From assembly GCA_024626585.2 (NCBI GenBank), contig JANKJI020000002.1:129117491-129133464 (forward strand): a DNA stretch of 15,974 nt, read 5' to 3'. Of this stretch, positions 9,663 to 15,974 are shown piece by piece (position 1 is the first letter of the stretch; the number at the start of each line of letters is the position of its first letter). This DNA is from Ginkgo biloba (taxonomy: Eukaryota > Plantae > Ginkgophyta). A model generated the notes under the pieces. That model worked only from the letters and a program-made list of their open reading frames with translations, ran no database searches and was not told the DNA's origin. A program made the position numbers and the translations under genes.

Positions 9663-10950
9663 TCTTGCTAACAATTTCCTCCGTTGAAGTTTCCTCCATT
9701 GTAATTGAAATTTCTACCAAAGTTTCTTCTGTTATTGTTGAAGTTATTGTTATAGTTTCCACCAATAATATTGATATTACCATTGTTTTTATTGAAATTA
9801 CCACTATGGTTATGGAAGTTACCACCACTGAAATTTCCTCCACTAGTATTGGGATTTCCATTGTTCTCAAGGTGGTGGTTATTCTAACTATTTCCAATAA
9901 AATTATTTCTATTGTCTTTATTATTGCTCAAGTTGGCATTGCTTTTGTGGTTGAATTCTCAAAAATTTTGTTGGTTAGCATTATTGAAACTTGGCTTATT
10001 GAAGCCAACAAAAGGGTTAGATTGCCCAAAATGGTGTTGTTGCAACGACCAAACATATTATTTTGGCTTTCGAAGGTACCAATCAGGGTACAAAATTCAT
10101 TGTTTTGACCATTGAAGTTACTACTTTGATTATTCATTGATTTGTTTTGCCTGCCAAATACATTATTATGGTTAGTATTAGACCAAACGAAATGTTTTAG
10201 TTTTATCACTATTGCAATTCGTAGTAGGGTTGACAATGCTGGTGTTGAGTGTGTTCGTTCTGCAATTTTGTTAAGATTGCTACGTATTCTAATTACTGTT
10301 ATTATTCACAAAATTGGACCAGTAACCTTCTAGGCCACTGTTATTGTTGTCCTACTAGCTTTGGTTCAAAAAATTATTTCCTCCCATCAGTTCGCTGGGA
10401 CGAAAATCCTTAGGATGTCCTCCTGAGGGCAATTCCTATTAAAGGATAGTAACTCAAGTGTTGGGAGGGTTGCCATGTTTTGACACAATGGGTTTTTCCC
10501 TAAGCTATGTAGAGTTTACGACTCTTGTAGCTATCGGCGACTCCTACATAGATTTTGTTGATTCTTATGAACTATGGTTGTTAGATATATCCTCCACCAA
10601 GACACTGGATAATTGTTATGCTTGAATTGTAGAGAATATCTTCTTAATGGATGTTGTCTTAATTTCAAAGACTGAGGGGTGTCCCCCTGCCTTTCCACTA
10701 AGGTTGAAGCCTTGCCATACTTGTCTTACTTCTATCAGTTCTAACCTTATTTCATTTCTTCCACTCGTCTTGTTCGTGCCCATTATCTTCAGGTAGCATT
10801 ATATGTGGTTTTTCCACTATTAATTCGTTGTAAATGTGATCATTGTTATAGCTACTCGCTCCCTTCTGGATGTCCTCCTCCATTGTCCACAAATCCTCGA
10901 CATCCTTTCACTTGCCCCCTTTACAAGTCAATCTATTTTTTGTGGCTAGT
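9663..10950 (-). pseudogene. Probable gag N-terminal region with long Asn/Gly/Phe-rich low-complexity domain
   Basis: Lies downstream of LTR 11280-12124 and its PBS-like site. A charged segment (KDVEDLWTMEEDIQKG...) is followed by about 240 codons such as SSNFNGQNN...FGQSNPFVGFNKPSFNN...SGGNFSGGNFHNHSGNFNKNNGN...NNNRRNFGRNFNYNGGNFNGGN, with stops and frameshifts. The gag assignment is positional. Confidence 0.6.
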
Positions 10951-11258
10951 TATATTATGCGGTTGGCTTTTTTTGGTCAATTCCTAGTCCTATGTCCAAC
11001 AAACCTACCTCTTTGTCCTCGTCTCTTTTGATATTATTGGCTTTATGTACATTCAACCTCTTAGTGTCATTGGGAGGCCCCCGGGCTACGGGTGGGTTTA
11101 GTTACAACATGTCACTCTGTCCATAACCAAGATTCTTCATAACTAGGTCATATGTTGCACGGCTAACTTTCACCTAATGGTTTGGATGCCTATCCATCGT
11201 TACTAGAGTTCGCCTCCCCTAAGAATTTTGGCAAGGACCAAACAACAAAACCAATTTT

Positions 11259-11279
11259 TGACTAATAATGGGTCCTGGG
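11259..11279 (-). promoter_or_regulatory. Decayed PBS-like site next to LTR copy 3
   Basis: Plus TGACTAATAATGGGTCCTGGG matches TGACTAAGAATGGGTGCCAAA at 6932-6952, but the TGG start is lost. Confidence 0.45.
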
Positions 11280-12124
11280 TGTAGAGCCTCATATCAGCAA
11301 GACGTTTAGTACATCATAAGATAATAATGTATGCATTGATTATAAAGAAATGTTATAAATGTGGTGCATGAACATCAAGACAGAGATATTTGAGATACAA
11401 TCCTCATTTGTTACTTCATTAAATGATGATACATAGATGCACCCTAAACACTCACATGGCTCTGGCACCTAGAAGAGACTTTTGGTCTCCTATTTCTAGC
11501 TCTCTCATAATAAATGTAATGATGTCTTTTCAAACTCATATTATATAACCAAAAATTAACTCTCTTCGTTAAATCCACATGTCCTTTCATTGTGACCCTA
11601 ATTAAGGCACCTTTATTAGCCTCATTAATGTGCTTAGGGCTTCCTCATTAATGCCTTAATTAATGTGACTTTGCTTGCCTAACTTAATGTGGGTTTTAAG
11701 GGTAGAGGCCATCCTCTTAAGGGTGCCATAATGCAACTTCCATGTGTTGATGTTGTTGGTCATTTTTTTATCTTTGACTTTGCATTAAATGTGCCTCAGT
11801 AGTTGTACTTTGTTGGCATTACCTTCTATAATAAATGCACTTGAGTTGCTATCATAAATGAATCTTATTAGGATGTACAAGGATGACATCACCTTTTGGG
11901 TTGCTTGCATGATCATTTTTGGTTGATTTTGTGATGTTCCCACATCATCTCATGTTGTTGCCATGTCATTTCATGCTTGCTGACATCATTTCTATGTCAT
12001 AAATTGCTTTCTTATGTCAAAATTGCATTATAAATCTGTCGTTTGCATCATAATTATGTCATAATTGCTAATTTATCCATGTCAATGCAACATCATCATA
12101 TTATGCCAACACATGCCCCCAACA
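11280..12124 (-). mobile_element. Complete 845-bp LTR (5' LTR of a minus-strand gypsy element)
   Basis: Bounded by TGTAGAG...CCCCAACA (TG...CA). Left part is homologous to 6953-7290 and right part to 9270-9662. A PBS-like site lies on the left, and gag-related sequence abuts the right end. Confidence 0.85.
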
Positions 12125-13560
12125 TAAACAAAGGTAATAATGGATAGCTTTTGTCTTCCCCTTGTAGGTTTTATACTACCGAGACCAAAGATTGGATAAC
12201 TCTGATAATAAATGTTTAGAGATGCACCACCTCCACCTCCTCATTGGCCTCCTTATCGTCAACGATTATGGAAATAGTTCTTTGTGCAATGGGTATCCAT
12301 CTTCCAAATATCACACCACTACTCCAAAATTGGAATGACTTCTTCTTTTGGATGTTCATTTTAGATGTGTCTTTGTTGGTTACAAGGAGGATGACACCAG
12401 ATGTCTTATCGAGATGGTGTTGTTACTTTGTGTCGTAGTTTTATAATTTTAGTGGTTAAACTTTCAATGCCCAGATCTTTCTATTGTATTTGTAGACGTA
12501 ATGTTACTAATTCTTGTTGCACCCTTTCTACCTCCAAATCAAATGATGGGGCAATAATAGCTACTTGCATGGGAATGACTATTGCTAATTAATTGATTTT
12601 CACAAGTCATGGATAAATCTAATACTTGTACTGTGCATTAGATGTAATCAAACCAAATTTTGCATTAGGTAGTAGTCCTTAAACAAAAACCATGAGCAGG
12701 TGTGGGGGTGATGGCATATCACCTAGACAAAATTTGTTTAAGAGAATCTACATCCTTTCATCATAAGCTTTAATGGACTCCATTGGGTGCTAACATAGAT
12801 CTTCCAATACTTGAAATATAGTGAAAGGATCGTGTAAACGTTGGAACCGATCCAAGAACAAGCTCTGAATTTTGTCCTAATTGGGGTTAGTGATGTTGAT
12901 GTATTGATAACATACAATAGCCGATCCGTGAAGAGCGCTAAAAAAACAAAGCCCTAGTTTCTCTTATGTTTGTAATTACTTTTAACTCTAAATATTCATA
13001 AACCGAGCTAAATGGTGAGTAGGTTCACCAATACAGTCATAATGCATGATCATTTTGGACAAGTATTTATGATGGTTGGTTCCCACCATTATTGCCAGCT
13101 TTGTTATTGCTATTGTTGCTTCCACTATTATTATTCCCCTTATTGTTGTTACCATTGTTATTTCTATTGTTGTTGCCGTTGCCGCTATTGTGGCCACTAT
13201 TGTTATCTTCCATGACTATGAACAATGTGTTTTGTTGAATGGTGAAGGGTGTCTCCCATTCATAAATAACAAATCCAAAAGTTAAAAATCACTAATTGGA
13301 GAATCAAAATCACTATTATTTTGCTCGTCACTAGGTCATGGTGAATAATAATTCTAATGTTCTTGCCAATCGTTGTTATTATTCATGCATTCTTTGTTTG
13401 CCTTAGTGTTAAGCACTGAGATTATGTCCTCTTCTACCTCATCTACCACCCTAAAACCATCTTCTGTGTTGAAGTTAGTTCTGGCATTCTCCTTTTCCGG
13501 GGTTAGGATGTGTGAATTGGATCTTTATGCATCCAGTGTTCTTACCTATTTTGTTGTTTG
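12125..13560 (-). pseudogene. Near-complete degenerate Ty3/gypsy gag
   Basis: An N/G-rich tract, then HYDCIGEPTHHLARF...FSALHGSAIVCY...N*DKIQSLFLDRF...*HPMESIKAYDERM*ILLNK...FV*GLLP, a coiled-coil-like EVERVQQELVTLRLQIQ, and decayed knuckles WCHPPCNQQRH and WCDIWKMDTHCTKNYFHN. Confidence 0.85.
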
Positions 13561-13589
13561 TCTATTTTGGGTCTTCCCTTATCTATGTG

Positions 13590-13755
13590 GTAGTATGGCT
13601 ATACAGGATCCTTAATTTCTTAATTTATATATGTAGTAGAGAAAGTGAACCATTTTTGAAGACTGCCCTCATAGATTACGCTGTAATCTCAGTCTTGGTT
13701 AAAGTAAGTCATATAGGGAGATGATGGTCAAATACGCTATGTTTTAATCTCACCG
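13590..13755 (-). pseudogene. Possible LINE ORF2 endonuclease C-terminal fragment
   Basis: HSVFDHHLPI*LTL...RAVFKNGSLSLLH resembles the SDHxPV/I motif followed by FKxN in L1 ORF2. Short and cut by the gap. Confidence 0.35.
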
Positions 13756-14701
13756 NNNNNNNNNNNNNNNNNNNNNNNNNNNNNNNNNNNNNNNNNNNNN
13801 NNNNNNNNNNNNNNNNNNNNNNNNNNNNNNNNNNNNNNNNNNNNNNNNNNNNNNNNNNNNNNNNNNNNNNNNNNNNNNNNNNNNNNNNNNNNNNNNNNNN
13901 NNNNNNNNNNNNNNNNNNNNNNNNNNNNNNNNNNNNNNNNNNNNNNNNNNNNNNNNNNNNNNNNNNNNNNNNNNNNNNNNNNNNNNNNNNNNNNNNNNNN
14001 NNNNNNNNNNNNNNNNNNNNNNNNNNNNNNNNNNNNNNNNNNNNNNNNNNNNNNNNNNNNNNNNNNNNNNNNNNNNNNNNNNNNNNNNNNNNNNNNNNNN
14101 NNNNNNNNNNNNNNNNNNNNNNNNNNNNNNNNNNNNNNNNNNNNNNNNNNNNNNNNNNNNNNNNNNNNNNNNNNNNNNNNNNNNNNNNNNNNNNNNNNNN
14201 NNNNNNNNNNNNNNNNNNNNNNNNNNNNNNNNNNNNNNNNNNNNNNNNNNNNNNNNNNNNNNNNNNNNNNNNNNNNNNNNNNNNNNNNNNNNNNNNNNNN
14301 NNNNNNNNNNNNNNNNNNNNNNNNNNNNNNNNNNNNNNNNNNNNNNNNNNNNNNNNNNNNNNNNNNNNNNNNNNNNNNNNNNNNNNNNNNNNNNNNNNNN
14401 NNNNNNNNNNNNNNNNNNNNNNNNNNNNNNNNNNNNNNNNNNNNNNNNNNNNNNNNNNNNNNNNNNNNNNNNNNNNNNNNNNNNNNNNNNNNNNNNNNNN
14501 NNNNNNNNNNNNNNNNNNNNNNNNNNNNNNNNNNNNNNNNNNNNNNNNNNNNNNNNNNNNNNNNNNNNNNNNNNNNNNNNNNNNNNNNNNNNNNNNNNNN
14601 NNNNNNNNNNNNNNNNNNNNNNNNNNNNNNNNNNNNNNNNNNNNNNNNNNNNNNNNNNNNNNNNNNNNNNNNNNNNNNNNNNNNNNNNNNNNNNNNNNNN
14701 N
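13756..14701. other. Assembly gap (largest of many N runs)
   Basis: Continuous N run; ORF calls spanning it are artefacts. Confidence 1.
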
Positions 14702-14795
14702 ATTCCATGTATTCAAATATGATCAAGGAAGTAATACACCATTCTCTCTCTTCTCTCGTAAATTATCTTTGTTATTGCTTGTACTGAAATTGACA
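14702..14795 (+). mobile_element. 3' end (U5) of a plus-strand 5' LTR
   Basis: CT-rich tract ending ...GAAATTGACA immediately before a canonical PBS. Confidence 0.75.
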
Positions 14796-14807
14796 TGGTA
14801 TCAGAGC
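14796..14807 (+). promoter_or_regulatory. Primer binding site complementary to initiator tRNA-Met
   Basis: Exact TGGTATCAGAGC, the PBS of most plant copia elements and chromoviruses. Confidence 0.9.
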
Positions 14808-15139
14808 AATCTCGGATAGAAGGACATGCCCTGAAGAAAAAATGTTGAGAGGAGGGTGACTTTGAGGAAAAAGTTCCAATAGTGGAAATCCATGTAATGT
14901 AAACATGTGCTTGGTAGAGTTAATCCCAAAAGACCCTTTAATCCAACTCTAATAAATTTAGATTAGGGAATCCCAAGGAAAGATGGGTAGGGGTTAGTCA
15001 TCAATAGAGATATATATTTTCTACAATGAAGAAAAACCCTTCCATGTACCCTTTAGGATGGTATCTGCAACTAGGCTAAACTTAGTGTGTAGTGATCAAA
15101 TCCTAAATAAGGGCATCTACCATGACTTATATGGTATCC

Positions 15140-15209
15140 CCCATGCCTCGAATTCATACTTGGTACAAGATAATCCCATGCCTTCAACTCATCCTTGTTA
15201 CAAGATAAT
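15140..15209. repeat. 35-bp tandem duplication
   Basis: CCCATGCCTCGAATTCATACTTGGTACAAGATAAT / CCCATGCCTTCAACTCATCCTTGTTACAAGATAAT, 30 of 35 identical. Confidence 0.8.
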
Positions 15210-15974
15210 TCCAATCATGTATTCAAGTGGTAAAACGTATGCATAATACTCTACGGGAATATGTATTGCAATAGAATCTTTAAGATGTATATATATAAGA
15301 TACAAATATTAGATTGGAAAATTCTCAAATCAAGGTGATAATCTCTCTATGTGAAAATTTCAAGGTGAAGAGTTGCAAATTGAAAAGTGCAAACCATGGT
15401 TTAACCTTGTGTATGACTTGCAAAAAGCATGCACATAGCATAACATTCAATAAAACAAAGATTTCCATAAACATGTGATTTCCTTCATAAGAACCACTAG
15501 CTACACGTTCTTCCAACTATATGGAGAGGAAACAATAGTACTCCACGAGACAAAAAAGAGAGGAAAAAACTACGAGAGAGAACCATGTCCTTTCTTTAAT
15601 CAAGTAACTAGTTCTTAATTTTCAATTAAAGAATTAGAATTTGTATAGGTGACTAAAAACCATAAGATTGTGCTTCCATAACTACATTTATTCAATTTTC
15701 CACATGAAAAATGAGTCATTAGTCAAGATGGGAAAATGTCGATATCTATTGTGATAAGAATCTCCAAAATAACTTGGAAATGAGATTTGTATTTCTCTCT
15801 CACTGCCAAATTCTACTTTGCCTCTAGAGACAGAAAAATCCATTGTGTGGAAACAAAAAAGATCAAATATCTATTTTGCAAAATTACAAAGGAAATGGAC
15901 AAATTCAATTTTGTGGGTAGTAAATGTACCTCAACTTCAAACAGTCATAAGTTCTTACCCTAATGTCCCTTTTT

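Noticed and set aside
9626-10108. 160-aa hydrophobic Ile/Val-rich ORF resembling a membrane or env-like protein
   Set aside because: Antisense shadow of AAT/AAC-rich codons (read as ATT/GTT) that also crosses the LTR junction at 9662. The 9622-9897 minus ORF is an off-frame reading of the same tract.
6953-12124. LTR copies 1 and 3 as the paired LTRs of one intact element
   Set aside because: Both have the PBS-like sequence on the same side, they are heavily diverged with indels, no TSD matches, and no pol lies between them.
13012-13285. Cys/Tyr-rich and Ile/Val-rich plus-strand ORFs (metallothionein- or TM-like)
   Set aside because: Antisense frames of the Asn/Gly tract at 13078-13210.
12125-13560. 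Domesticated Arc/PEG10-like gag gene
   Set aside because: Many stops, frameshifts and mutated knuckle cysteines indicate neutral decay.
13709-14726. 335-aa and 329-aa ORFs, and other X-containing ORFs near 6102, 7285 and 8472-8970
   Set aside because: Their length comes from N runs; only short flanking parts are real sequence.

Overview
AT-rich, CpG-depleted, gap-riddled eukaryotic DNA, most likely intergenic heterochromatin of a large-genome land plant (host is an inference). I see no intact host gene, RNA gene or CRISPR array. The window is a nest of decayed retroelements, almost all on the minus strand. It holds a non-chromovirus Ty3/gypsy pol (RT-RNase H-integrase, about 1929-4540), a second integrase remnant (about 781-1548) and six gag fragments with recognisable capsid, CCHC zinc-knuckle or N-terminal sequence. 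There are three related LTR copies (6953-7290, about 8961-9662, 11280-12124), two with PBS-like sites, and an unrelated LTR inserted in integrase. Also present: a plus-strand LTR end with a tRNA-iMet PBS, and weaker LINE and MITE-like fragments. The most notable oddities are a long Asn/Gly/Phe-rich prion-like segment upstream of the gag capsid core, a gag frame with two capsid-like motif sets 71 codons apart, and an array of CpG-decayed ACGTCA boxes in the LTR. All translations were done by eye and assembly gaps make several junctions uncertain. I found no evidence of a functional novel system.
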